Source: an uncultured delta proteobacterium (lineage in GTDB: Bacteria; Myxococcota; UBA727; VGSZ01). Taken from it: 64,000 bases of DNA. A model generated the notes under the pieces. It saw nothing but the letters and a program-made list of their open reading frames with translations, was not told where the DNA came from and did no database searches. Each line of letters opens with the position of its first letter. Position 1 is the stretch's first letter. Of the stretch, positions 10,476 through 19,840 are shown piece after piece. Both the position numbers and the translations under genes were made by a program. The stretch lies in NCBI GenBank assembly GCA_963775425.1, contig CAVZJB010000010.1, positions 1-64,000 on the forward strand, given 5' to 3'.

Positions 10476-12364
10476 TCGGCTCCAACCGCCTTCAAGCCAT
10501 CGCGCTGGCCGTCGTCGCCGCCGGCGCGACGATCGTCGTCATCAACGCTTGCCGCCCCGCGTTCGGCGAGCCCTGCAGCACCGACGCCGACTGCGGCGCC
10601 GGCTACGTTTGCCCCAACGCTCTGTGCGTTCCCGACGGCGTCGCCGCCGAAGGCGAGGGAGAAGGTGACGAAGGCGAAGGCGAAGGAGAAGGTGAAGGCG
10701 AAGGAGAGGGTGAAGGCGAAGGTGAAGGTGAAGGTGAAGGCGAAGGAGAAGGCGAAGGAGAAGGCGAAGGTGAAGGCGAAGGCGAAGGCGAAGGCGAAGG
10801 TGAAGGTGAAGGAGAAGGAGAAGGTGAAGGTGAAGGTGAAGGTGAAGGTGAAGGAGAAGGAGAAGGAGAAGGTGAAGGTGAAGGCGAGGGCGAAGGCGAA
10901 GGAGAAGGCGAAGGTGACCTCGTCGGCGTTGGCACCGGCGTCGACGGCACGCTCGACGTCACCGGCACCACGTTCACCGACAACGTCCGCGCGGGGCTGA
11001 CCTCTTCGGTGGCGGGCGGCGCGGTCACGCTGGCGGTGTCGACCGCGGGCGGCTTCGCCGTCGGCGACGAGATCGTGATCATCCAGATGACCGGCGGCGG
11101 CGCGGGCACGCATGAGACCCACGTGCTGAGCGCCGTCGACAGCGTGGCGAGGGTGCTGACGCTCGACGCCCCGCTCGCCAATCCCTACGCCGCCAACGCG
11201 ACGAACACCGCGCAGGTGCTGCGCATCCCGCAATACACGGCGCTTACCGTCGAGAGCGGCGGCGTCCTCACCGTCCACCCCTTCGACGGCAACACCGGCG
11301 GCGTGATGTTCGTGCGCGCGAGCGGCACGCTCCGCGTGCTCGCCGGCGGCCGCGTCGACGTCTCGGGCACGGGCTTCACCGCCGGCGGCGGCGGGCCGGC
11401 GCGCGCCGGCGGCCCCGGCGGCAGCGGCGGCGCCGCCGGCGGCGACGACCCGGGCAGTTGCGTGGTCGAGCCGCACATCGGCTTCCCCGGCGGCGCCGGC
11501 AATGTCGTCGACGCGAGCGGCGCGGCCGGCGCCGGCGGCGGCTCGGTGAACATGTGCCGCGGCGGCACCGGCGGCCGCGGCGGGATCCGTCCGAACAACG
11601 GCGCCGCGGGCGCGCCCGGCCAGCCCGGCACCGGCACCGGCAGCAGCGCGGGCGCGGCGGGCGGCGGAGGCGGCGGCCTCGCCGGCGCCACCGCCCTGCT
11701 ACCGCGGCTCGGCGGCGGCGGCGGCGGCGGCAACGGCGGCAGCGGCGGCGCGGGCGCGGGCGGCGGCGGAGGCGGAGGGGGCTCCGCGGGGCCGAGCACG
11801 AGCTCCGTCAGCGCCGCCTTGAAGGGCGGCAACGGCGGCAACGGCGGCACCGGCGGCGCTGGCGGAGGCGGCGGCAACGGCGGCGGCATCGCCATCATTC
11901 GTGCGCAGACGCTTTCCATCGCAGGAACCGTCTCGGCGGCCGGGAGGGCCGGCACCACCGGCACCACCGGCTCCACCGGCGGCACCGGCGGCGCCGGCGG
12001 CGCGGGCTCCAACGGCGGCAGCGGCTCCGCCGACGGTGGCAAGGGCGGCGGCGGCGCCGGCGGCGTCGGCGGCGGCGGCGGCGGCGGAGGCGGCGGCGGA
12101 GGCGCGGGGACCATCTTGCTCGCCGGCGTCGATGTCGACGTCGGCACGGGCCTCGTGGTCGCCCCGGTGAGCAGCGGAGGCAACCGCGGCACCGGCGGCA
12201 GCGCGGGCAACGGGGGCAGCGGCGGCAACACGGGAGCGCCGGGAGCGCCGGGCACCGCGGGCGCGGTCGGGAGCACGGGCGGCAGCGGCTTCATCCACAT
12301 CGACTTCGTCAACACCATCACCGGCACGACGTCACCGACCGCAGAGGTCAAGCAGCTTCAGTAG
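10472..12364 (+). CDS. Surface lipoprotein: Cys-rich module, (GE)n linker, AgmC/hemagglutinin-like domain and Gly-rich region
   Basis: VINAC lipobox-like, [15 protein letters not shown] repeat, GDEIVIIQM...AQVLRIPQY...FDGNTGGV, long Gly-rich tract. Confidence 0.85.
   Translation: MIGSNRLQAIALAVVAAGATIVVINACRPAFGEPCSTDADCGAGYVCPNALCVPDGVAAEGEGEGDEGEGEGEGEGEGEGEGEGEGEGEGEGEGEGEGEGEGEGEGEGEGEGEGEGEGEGEGEGEGEGEGEGEGEGEGEGEGEGEGEGDLVGVGTGVDGTLDVTGTTFTDNVRAGLTSSVAGGAVTLAVSTAGGFAVGDEIVIIQMTGGGAGTHETHVLSAVDSVARVLTLDAPLANPYAANATNTAQVLRIPQYTALTVESGGVLTVHPFDGNTGGVMFVRASGTLRVLAGGRVDVSGTGFTAGGGGPARAGGPGGSGGAAGGDDPGSCVVEPHIGFPGGAGNVVDASGAAGAGGGSVNMCRGGTGGRGGIRPNNGAAGAPGQPGTGTGSSAGAAGGGGGGLAGATALLPRLGGGGGGGNGGSGGAGAGGGGGGGGSAGPSTSSVSAALKGGNGGNGGTGGAGGGGGNGGGIAIIRAQTLSIAGTVSAAGRAGTTGTTGSTGGTGGAGGAGSNGGSGSADGGKGGGGAGGVGGGGGGGGGGGGAGTILLAGVDVDVGTGLVVAPVSSGGNRGTGGSAGNGGSGGNTGAPGAPGTAGAVGSTGGSGFIHIDFVNTITGTTSPTAEVKQLQ
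10649..10917 (+). repeat. Hexanucleotide GAR-GGN tandem repeat encoding about 44 Glu-Gly units
   Basis: Visible (GAAGGC/GAAGGT/GAAGGA)n. Confidence 0.95.
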
Positions 12365-12391
12365 GCTGCGCGAGCGACTCGCAGCGGCGCT

Positions 12392-12761
12392 CCCATCGGC
12401 GTCGCGCTGTGCGTCGGGCTCATCGTCGTGCACGAGCTCGGGCACGCGGCGCTCGTGCGGCGCTCCGGCGGACGCGTCAAATCCGTCGGGCCACCCGATG
12501 AGCTGGGAGCAGCGGCAGGTGTTCGGCGTGCTCGTCGGCATCAACCTCGGCGCCATCGCTTTGAACGCGCTCCCCCTCGCGCCGCTCGACGGCGCCACAG
12601 CGTGGCAGCTCGCGGGGTACGGCTTGCGCCGCCTCCGCGCGCGCGCGGATCGAGCCTGGGACCGCCGGCGGGCGCGCCGTGAAGAGAAGAAGCGCGCGAA
12701 CGCGGCGATGGCGGAGATCCGGCGGCTCCGCGCAGGGCGCGACGACGTCGACGTGAGCTGA
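12392..12761 (+). pseudogene. Internally deleted, frameshifted M50 (site-2 protease) remnant
   Basis: GLIVVHELGH in one frame; NALPLAPLDG in a different frame only about 130 nt later; no proper 5' part. Confidence 0.7.
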
Positions 12762-12767
12762 CGAGCT

Positions 12768-12837
12768 TCTGTGAATACGCCCGACGAGCCCGTCGTCCAT
12801 GGGCGTTCGCAGATCCGCGAGGGAGCGCGCCGCTCCC
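12768..12837 (+). promoter_or_regulatory. Structured leader: nested stem-loop plus a second hairpin upstream of the uORF
   Basis: TCTGTGAATACGCCC/GGGCGTTCGCAGA outer stem enclosing GACGA/TCGTC; GGGAGCG/CGCTCCC hairpin at 12821-12837. Confidence 0.5.
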
Positions 12838-12863
12838 CCGGTCGGCCCGGCGGCGGAGGTCCC

Positions 12864-12962
12864 ATGCGTACGTCTCTGCAACCGTTCGCAGTCGAAGCGC
12901 GGCCGCTGCCTGCGGTCGCCGCACCCGCGCGACCGCGCCCCGCGCTCCGGGTCCGCCGCTAG
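12864..12962 (+). CDS. Putative 32-aa leader peptide (uORF) of the rbfA-like/rtcB operon
   Basis: GGAGGT SD just before the ATG; MRTSLQPFAVEARPLPAVAAPARPRPALRVRR*. Confidence 0.45.
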   Translation: MRTSLQPFAVEARPLPAVAAPARPRPALRVRR

Positions 12963-13053
12963 GCTTCCTCGCCTCGTCGTCCCGAAGGCTCGCGCTTCAT
13001 CGCCTCTCATCTTTCGACGGCGGCGCACGACGCGTCCGCCGAGGACGACCATC

Positions 13054-13449
13054 ATGAGCCACAACCGCCCCCGACGCGGAGCGTTCGCTCCGCCGGTGCA
13101 CGCCGACGCGTGCGTCGACCCCGACCAACACGCTCCTCATGCGAGGAAGACCGAGCAGCTCCGCGTCGCCGTTCGCCGCGTGCTCTCGGCCGCGCTCGAC
13201 TGCGACGTACGCGACCCGCTCGTCGCAAAGCTGCGGGTCCACGACGTCGTCGTCACCCCGGGAGGAGCCCTCGTCGCGCTCTTCGCCACCGAAGACGCCG
13301 CGTCCATCGACGCGGCGCAGGCGCGGCTGCGCGAGGCCGCCCCCGTGTTCCGCGCGGCGCTCGCGCGCGGGCTCACGCGCAAGAAGATCCCGCAGGTCGC
13401 GCTGTACGTCGTGCCGCAACCGCGCATGGAGGAGGTGGACGATGCGTGA
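13054..13449 (+). CDS. Ribosome-binding factor A (RbfA)-like paralog
   Basis: KTEQL..AVRRVLS, VRDPLV..LRVHDV and AAPVFRAALARGLTRKKIPQV match the RbfA fold pattern; overlaps the rtcB start. Confidence 0.75.
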   Translation: MSHNRPRRGAFAPPVHADACVDPDQHAPHARKTEQLRVAVRRVLSAALDCDVRDPLVAKLRVHDVVVTPGGALVALFATEDAASIDAAQARLREAAPVFRAALARGLTRKKIPQVALYVVPQPRMEEVDDA

Positions 13450-14554
13450 AGCGGCCCCCGTCGCCGTCTGGTCGGCGGAGCCGCTGCCGGCCGACGTGCG
13501 GATGGCCCTCGCGCACGTCGCCGCCAGCGACGACGTCGTTCGCGTCGCCGTCATGCCCGACGTCCACCTCGCCGCCGACGTCTGCGTCGGCGCCGTCGTC
13601 GCCACGACGCACCTGCTGTACCCGAGCGCCGTGGGCGGCGACATCGGCTGCGGGATGGCCGCGGTGAGGCTCGACGTCGCGCGCGCCAGCGTCGACCGCG
13701 CCGGCGTCGCCGGAAGGATCCTCGCCGGCCTCGCGCGCGCGGTGCCGATCATGGCGCACAAGGCCCCGCGGCCGTTGCCGGAGGCGCTGCTCGCGCGTCT
13801 GTCGGCCACGTCGCTCGAGTCGCTCGCGCGGCGGCAGGCGGGTCGCCAGCTCGGGACGCTCGGACGCGGGAACCACTTCCTCGAGATCCAGGTCGACGAC
13901 GACGACGGGCTCTGGCTCACGGTGCACAGCGGATCGCGCGCCATGGGCCAGGCCGTTCGCGATCATCATGTCGCGCGCGGCGAGCGCAGCCGCTCCGGCC
14001 TCCGCTTCATCGACGCCGAGACGGACGCGGGCCGCGCCTATCTCGCGGACCTGGCGTGGGCGCTCTCGTTCGCCGCCGCCAACCGCCGCGCCATCCTGGA
14101 CGCGGCTGCGTCCGTGCTCGCCGACGTCGCGGGCGCGGCGCGCGTCGACGAGTCCTTGTTGTCGTGCGCGCACAACCACGTCGAGCGCGTCGCCGGCCTG
14201 TGGGTGCACCGCAAGGGCGCCATCGCGGCCAACGAGGGGCAGCGTGGGATCATCCCGGGCTCCATGGGCGGCGCGACCTTCCACGTCGCGGGGCGCGGCA
14301 ACGCCGGCGCGCTGTGGTCGTCGTCGCACGGCGCCGGACGAGCCATGTCGCGGAGCGAAGCGCGACGGCGCATTCGTCCCGCTGCGCTCGAGCGCGACCT
14401 GCGCGGCGTGTGGATCGACCGCAGGAAGCTCGATCGGCTCGTCGACGAGGCGCCCGCCGCGTACAAGGACATCGGCAAAGTGATGCGCGCGCAGCGCGAG
14501 CTCACGCGCATCGTGCGCCGCTTGCGCCCGCTCGTATCGCTCAAGGGGGTGTGA
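13442..14554 (+). CDS. rtcB: RtcB-family RNA ligase
   Basis: MPDVH, GGDIGCG, GTLGRGNHFLE, HSGSR, HNH, HRKGA, IPGSMG, SHGAGR, DEAPAAYK. Confidence 0.95.
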   Translation: MREAAPVAVWSAEPLPADVRMALAHVAASDDVVRVAVMPDVHLAADVCVGAVVATTHLLYPSAVGGDIGCGMAAVRLDVARASVDRAGVAGRILAGLARAVPIMAHKAPRPLPEALLARLSATSLESLARRQAGRQLGTLGRGNHFLEIQVDDDDGLWLTVHSGSRAMGQAVRDHHVARGERSRSGLRFIDAETDAGRAYLADLAWALSFAAANRRAILDAAASVLADVAGAARVDESLLSCAHNHVERVAGLWVHRKGAIAANEGQRGIIPGSMGGATFHVAGRGNAGALWSSSHGAGRAMSRSEARRRIRPAALERDLRGVWIDRRKLDRLVDEAPAAYKDIGKVMRAQRELTRIVRRLRPLVSLKGV

Positions 14555-14645
14555 CCTCGTGCGCGCGGCCGCGCTGTCGTGGAGATCGCGCTGAGCCTCC
14601 CGCAACGGGCCCGTCGATCGGCGACGGCGTGCTAGATTGCCGGCG

Positions 14646-16493
14646 ATGGCGCACCCGCCGGATCTCGCGGAGTTTCGCGACCTGCTCGCCCGCGCAGGCT
14701 TCGACGAGAAGAACCTCGTCGTAGAGCCCAACGGCACCGTGTTCGCCGCCGTCCCCGAGCCCTCGGATCCCGCGCTCGACGAGCTGCGCATCTTCGTCGG
14801 CGATCAGGTGCCCGAGCTCAAGCTGCACCACTCCATCGGCCGCGGCGGCATGGGGCAGATCCGCCTGGCGCAGCAGTTGGCGTTGCAGCGCGAGGTCGCC
14901 GTGAAGTGTGCGGTGCCCGGCAGCACCGACCGGCACGTGGCCGCGGCGTCGCTCTTGCGCGAGGCGCGCATCACCGGCGCGCTCGAGCACCCGAACATCG
15001 TGCCCGTTCACGCCCTCGGCAAGACCGCCGACGGCAGCGTGCTGATGGTGATGAAGCGCATCGAGGGCACGTCGTGGGCCAGGCTCCTCCAGGGGCGCGC
15101 CTCGCCCGCCGACGAGCTCGAGCGGCACATCGAGATCTTGATGGACGTGTGCCGCGCCGTTCACTTCGCCCATACGCGCGGCGTGCTCCATCGCGACCTC
15201 AAGCCGATGAACGTGATGGTCGGGCCGTTCGGCGAGGTCTACGCCCTCGATTGGGGCCTCGCCGTTCCGCTCGGCGAGCCCAACACCGGCGACCGCCCGT
15301 CGGCCGTCGACACCAGCGGCGTCGTCGGCACGCCCGCGTACATGGCGCCCGAGATGACGGTGCCCGGCAGCACCCTCGACGCGCGCACGGACACCTACCT
15401 GCTCGGCGGCGCACTCTACGAGGTCGTCACCGGGACGCCGCCGCACCAGGCGCAGACGATGTCCGAGCGGATGCACCAGGCGTACCTCTCCGCGCCCAAG
15501 TCGTTCGCCGACGACGTGCCCGAGGAGCTCGCCGCCATCTGCAACAAGGCGCTCGCCCACGATCCCGTCGATCGCTACGCGTCGGCGGACGAGCTGCGCC
15601 TCGCCCTCGCCGCGTTCCTCAGCCACGCCAGCGCGCGCGCCCTCTGTGCCGAAGCCGGCGAACAGCTCGCCGAGCTCGAGAAGCTCGTCGACGATAAGCG
15701 CTACGACGACGTCGTCGCCGCGCGCGCGTTCAGCGCCGGACGCTTCGGCTTTCTGCACGCGCTGCGCACCTGGACCGAGTCACGCGAGGCGCGTGACGGG
15801 CTGCGCGCCCTTCACGTCGCCATGGCCAGGCACGAGGTGGCCCGCGGCCACGCCGACGCCGCCGCGGTGCTCCTCGAGGAGATCGACGCACCGCCGGCCG
15901 ACCTCGCGGAGGGCGTCGCCGCGTTGCGCGCAGCCGTGGCGCGCGACGCCGACGAGAAGCAGCAGCTCCGGCGCATCGTCGACGAGCTCGATCCCCAGCG
16001 CGGCCAACGACGACGCGGCGTGCTGCTCGGCGCGCTGGCACTCGGGTGGGCCCTCTCCGCCGTCGGGCTCGGCATGGCGCGGCGCGCGGGCATCATCGCC
16101 ATCAGCTACCTCGACATCATCCTCGCCCACCTCGCCCTCGTCGCTGCCTTCAGCGTCGCGTTCGCGGCCCTGCGCAAGCGCGTCGAGCTCACCAAGGTCG
16201 GCCGTCACCTCGTCGTCACCGCCGTCACCATCCCCGTCATCACCGTCTTCATGTGGATCGGCATGTGGGTCACCCATAGCCCCATCGCCCTCGGGCTCGC
16301 GTACGCGCACCTCATCATCGGTTGGGGCACGCTGCTCGCCGCCACCTACATCGACAAGCGCGCCATCCCCACGGCGCTCATCGCGTTTTCGGGGTTCCCG
16401 CTGATCCTCGTGTTCCGCGAGTACGCCTTCGAGATAAACGGCGTCGTCGTCGCCGCCACCGGCGCGCACCTCGCCTGGATCTGGCGACGCTGA
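14646..16493 (+). CDS. Ser/Thr protein kinase with multi-TM C-terminus
   Basis: IGRGGMG, VAVK, HRDLKPMN, DWG, GTPAYMAPE; about 5 hydrophobic helices at the C-terminus. Confidence 0.92.
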   Translation: MAHPPDLAEFRDLLARAGFDEKNLVVEPNGTVFAAVPEPSDPALDELRIFVGDQVPELKLHHSIGRGGMGQIRLAQQLALQREVAVKCAVPGSTDRHVAAASLLREARITGALEHPNIVPVHALGKTADGSVLMVMKRIEGTSWARLLQGRASPADELERHIEILMDVCRAVHFAHTRGVLHRDLKPMNVMVGPFGEVYALDWGLAVPLGEPNTGDRPSAVDTSGVVGTPAYMAPEMTVPGSTLDARTDTYLLGGALYEVVTGTPPHQAQTMSERMHQAYLSAPKSFADDVPEELAAICNKALAHDPVDRYASADELRLALAAFLSHASARALCAEAGEQLAELEKLVDDKRYDDVVAARAFSAGRFGFLHALRTWTESREARDGLRALHVAMARHEVARGHADAAAVLLEEIDAPPADLAEGVAALRAAVARDADEKQQLRRIVDELDPQRGQRRRGVLLGALALGWALSAVGLGMARRAGIIAISYLDIILAHLALVAAFSVAFAALRKRVELTKVGRHLVVTAVTIPVITVFMWIGMWVTHSPIALGLAYAHLIIGWGTLLAATYIDKRAIPTALIAFSGFPLILVFREYAFEINGVVVAATGAHLAWIWRR

Positions 16494-16514
16494 GCACGCG
16501 CCACAGGGACGACG

Positions 16515-17636
16515 TCACAGGCCGGGCGAGCTCACGCGATCGGCGAGCTCGCGGCGCTTGCGGTCGATGGCAGCGAGGAGGTCGCGGTACGACCTGGTGA
16601 ACGAGGCTACGCCCTCGTCGCGCAGCTCGCCGGTGGCGCGGTCGAGGTCGATGCCATCGGCGGCGAGGGCGTCGAGGGCGACGGCGGCGCCCTCGGGGTC
16701 GCGCTCGAGCGTCGGCTCCACCCGACCGTGGTCGAGGAAGGCGTCGATGGTCGCGGGCGGCATGGTGTCCACGGTCTCCGGGCCGATGAGCTCCTCGACG
16801 TACTTCACGTCCCGATACGTGGGGTCCTTCGTCGACGTCGACGCCCACAGGCAACGCTGCGGCCGCGCCCCCGCGCTCCGCAGGTCCTCGAACTCGGGTC
16901 CATGGAAGATCTCGCGAAACGAGTGGTACGCCACCTTGGCGTTGGCCACGGCGATGCGCCCCCGCAGCGCGGTCGCGGCAGCGCTGCGCCTCTCGTCGAG
17001 CAGCGGGTCCACCTTGGTGTCCACGCGGCTCACGAAGAAGCTCGCCACCGACGCCACCCGGCTCACGTCGAGCCCGCGCGCCACCCGGCTCTTGAGCGCG
17101 GCGACGTACGCGGCGGCGACGTCGCGATAGACGTCCACGCTGAACAGCAGCGTGACGTTGACGTTGATGCCGTCGGCGAGCGCGGTCTCGATGGCGGGCA
17201 GCCCCGCCGGCGTCGCCGGGATCTTCACCAAGACGTTCGGCCGCGCGAGCCGGTGAAAGAGGTAGCGCACGCGCGCGAGCGTGGCCGCGGTGTGGCCGGC
17301 GAGGTCGGGCTCCACCTCGATGGAGACGAAGCCGTCGGCGCCGTCGGAGCTGTCGTAGACCGGACGCAGGATGTCGGCGGCGGCGCCGATGTCGCGAAGC
17401 ACGAAGCTCTCGTAGACGGCCTCGTTGCGCTCACCGCGGTCAACCGCGGCGAGGATGACGTCGTCGTAGTGCCCGGCGGCGACGGCCTTCTCGAAGATCG
17501 TCGGGTTGCTCGTGAGCCCACGGACACCGGCGCTGACCAGGGAGCCGAGGCGACCGGACTCGATCAGCGGGCGATCGATGAAGTCGATCCAGGGGCTCTG
17601 GTCGTGGTCGGCGTGAAGGCGCGAGAGGTTGTTCAT
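16515..17636 (-). CDS. tal: Transaldolase
   Basis: QSPWID, GLTSNPTIF, VSIEV, VKIPAT, NVTLLFS, SFFVSRVD, LWASTSTKDP. Confidence 0.95.
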   Translation of the reverse strand: MNNLSRLHADHDQSPWIDFIDRPLIESGRLGSLVSAGVRGLTSNPTIFEKAVAAGHYDDVILAAVDRGERNEAVYESFVLRDIGAAADILRPVYDSSDGADGFVSIEVEPDLAGHTAATLARVRYLFHRLARPNVLVKIPATPAGLPAIETALADGINVNVTLLFSVDVYRDVAAAYVAALKSRVARGLDVSRVASVASFFVSRVDTKVDPLLDERRSAAATALRGRIAVANAKVAYHSFREIFHGPEFEDLRSAGARPQRCLWASTSTKDPTYRDVKYVEELIGPETVDTMPPATIDAFLDHGRVEPTLERDPEGAAVALDALAADGIDLDRATGELRDEGVASFTRSYRDLLAAIDRKRRELADRVSSPGL

Positions 17637-19525
17637 GACGCGAGCTCCCCGCGCACCAGCGCGCGCGCGGCGTCGGCGATGGCCGCGGCGTCGATGCCCG
17701 CGAGCTTCAGTTGTTCCTCGGGCGTCGCCGAGCCGGGCATGCGGCGCACCGCCAGCTTCTTCACCCGCGGCGGCTCGCTCATCGACGCCACCGCCTCGAG
17801 GACGGCGTCCCCGAGGCCGCCTTCGGGGTAGTGATCCTCGACGGTGATGATGCGACCGGTGTCGAGCGCCGCCTCGCGCAGCCCTGCCTCGTCGACGGGC
17901 TTGATGGAATACAGATCGATGACGCGCGCCGAGATGCCGTCGGCGGCGAGCGCGTCCGCGGCGGCCAAGGCCTCGTGCACGGTGACGCCGGCGCCCACCA
18001 GCGTCACCACGTCGTCGACGGAGCGTCGCAACACGCGGAGCTTGCCCACCGCGAACGCTTCGGTGGGCTCGTAGATCACCGGCGTCTTCCCACGCGTGGT
18101 GCGCAGGTAGATGACGCCGGCACGATCGGCGACCTCGGCGAGCAGCGCCGCCGTCTGGTTCGCGTCGCACGGGTACAGCACCGTGCTCCCGAACGTGGCG
18201 CGCATCATGGCGATGTCCTCGAGCCCCATCTGCGACGGCCCGTCGGCGCCGATGCTCACGCCCACGTGCGAGCCGCACAGAATGATGTCGGCGTCGCTGA
18301 CGGCGGCCATGCGGATGAAGTCGTGCGCGCGAGACATGAAGGCCGCAAACGTCGACGCCACGGGACGCCAGCCGAGCACCTGGATGCCCACCGCAGCCGC
18401 GACGAGCTGCTGTTCGGCGATGTACATCTCCAGGAAGCGCTCGGGGAAGTCGCGGGCGAAGCGGTCGACGCAGGTGGAGTTGCCGACCTCACCGTCGAGG
18501 ACGACGATGTCGGCGCGCGCGTGACCGAGCGCCACCACCGTCTCGCCGAACGCCACGCGCGTAGCCTCGGACTCCCCCGGCTCCCACGCCGGGAGCATGA
18601 CGGTGTGCGGCGGACGCCGCGGCGTGATGCGCGCGGACTCCGGCTTGTGCACGTGCACGTGGAGGTGGCGCTCGCCGCCGAGCTCGGCGATGGCGGCTTC
18701 GGGGTTCGGCAGCGGCTTTCCGTGAAAGCCGTTCTTGTCGGCGACGGCGCGCACGCCGTGGCCCTTCTCCGTCCGCGCGAAGATCGCGGTGGGGCGCCCG
18801 CCGATGTCGCGCGCTTCGGCATAGGCGCGGTCGACGGCGTCGACGTCGTGCCCGTCGACGGCGACGGCGTGCCAGCCGAAGGCGAGCGCGCGGTCGACGT
18901 AGTTGTCGAGGTCCCAGCCGTGCATGGTCGGCCCGGTCTGGCCGAGGCGGTTCACGTCGACGATGGCGGTGAGGTTGTCGAGGTGCTCGTACGCCGCGTG
19001 CTCGAACGCCTCCCACACCGAGCCCTCGGTCATCTCGGAGTCGCCGCACAACACCCAGACGTGAAACGGGATGTCGTCGAGCCGCGCGCCCGCCAGGGCC
19101 ATGCCCACGCCGAGCGGCAGTCCCTGTCCGAGCGAGCCGGTGGCGACGTCGACGTAGGGCACGACGGGGGTCGGGTGCCCTTCGAGGCGGCTGCCGAGCT
19201 TCCTGTGCTTCAAGAGCTCGGCGTCGGTGACCGCGCCGGCGGCCTTGTACATCGCGTACAGGAGCGCGGACGCGTGGCCCTTGCTGAACACGAGGCGATC
19301 GTTTCGGCGGTCGTGTGGGTTTTCGAAGTCGTAGTGCAGGTATTTCTCGAGGAGCACCGCCATGAGCTCGGCCGGCGACATCGCCGACGTCGGGTGACCG
19401 GATCCCGCGGCGGCGGTCTCGCGGATGGCGTCGACGCGGAGCTGCTGAGCCAGCTCCCGCCACAACGCCCGCTGTTCGTCTTGTGCGGAGGGCGCCTTCG
19501 CGGCACCGGTGGTCTCGACGGTCAC
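17633..19525 (-). CDS. tkt: Transketolase
   Basis: SGHPTS, SKGHAS, ATGSLGQG, ThDP motif GDSEMTEG...N, IAEQ, GADGPSQM. Confidence 0.95.
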   Translation of the reverse strand: MTVETTGAAKAPSAQDEQRALWRELAQQLRVDAIRETAAAGSGHPTSAMSPAELMAVLLEKYLHYDFENPHDRRNDRLVFSKGHASALLYAMYKAAGAVTDAELLKHRKLGSRLEGHPTPVVPYVDVATGSLGQGLPLGVGMALAGARLDDIPFHVWVLCGDSEMTEGSVWEAFEHAAYEHLDNLTAIVDVNRLGQTGPTMHGWDLDNYVDRALAFGWHAVAVDGHDVDAVDRAYAEARDIGGRPTAIFARTEKGHGVRAVADKNGFHGKPLPNPEAAIAELGGERHLHVHVHKPESARITPRRPPHTVMLPAWEPGESEATRVAFGETVVALGHARADIVVLDGEVGNSTCVDRFARDFPERFLEMYIAEQQLVAAAVGIQVLGWRPVASTFAAFMSRAHDFIRMAAVSDADIILCGSHVGVSIGADGPSQMGLEDIAMMRATFGSTVLYPCDANQTAALLAEVADRAGVIYLRTTRGKTPVIYEPTEAFAVGKLRVLRRSVDDVVTLVGAGVTVHEALAAADALAADGISARVIDLYSIKPVDEAGLREAALDTGRIITVEDHYPEGGLGDAVLEAVASMSEPPRVKKLAVRRMPGSATPEEQLKLAGIDAAAIADAARALVRGELAS

Positions 19526-19840
19526 AACGCTTCCTCCTCGGGCTCCGCGGCGCGGTCGCGCAAAGGCGGCCCGTCGCGCAAAAAGAAGAGGCAGCGCTTC
19601 GGCTTTCGTCGACGCCGTTTTGTTCGCGGCATCTCCTGCCTGATCGCTGCCTGTCGCGGGGGCTGCATTCCAGGTGCCACGGCGGCGCAGCGCGACCGAA
19701 CGCCGCGCGGCCGCCCGCCCCGACGCCGGCGCCGGGCGAACAGGCGCCCCCGTGGTGGGCCAACGGTCCCGGCCCCGTGCGCGGCGTCACGCCCCGGCGG
19801 CGGTTCCGTTCACCGGTCGTCCTCTTTGCTAGCTTGCCGC

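Noticed and set aside
11380-12110. Mycobacterial PE-PGRS or collagen gene
   Set aside because: No PE domain and no sustained Gly-X-Y periodicity; it is a Gly-rich part of a lipoprotein
19555-19582. GTCGCGCAAA direct repeat upstream of tkt as an operator
   Set aside because: Only two 10-bp copies and no cognate regulator nearby; cannot be separated from chance
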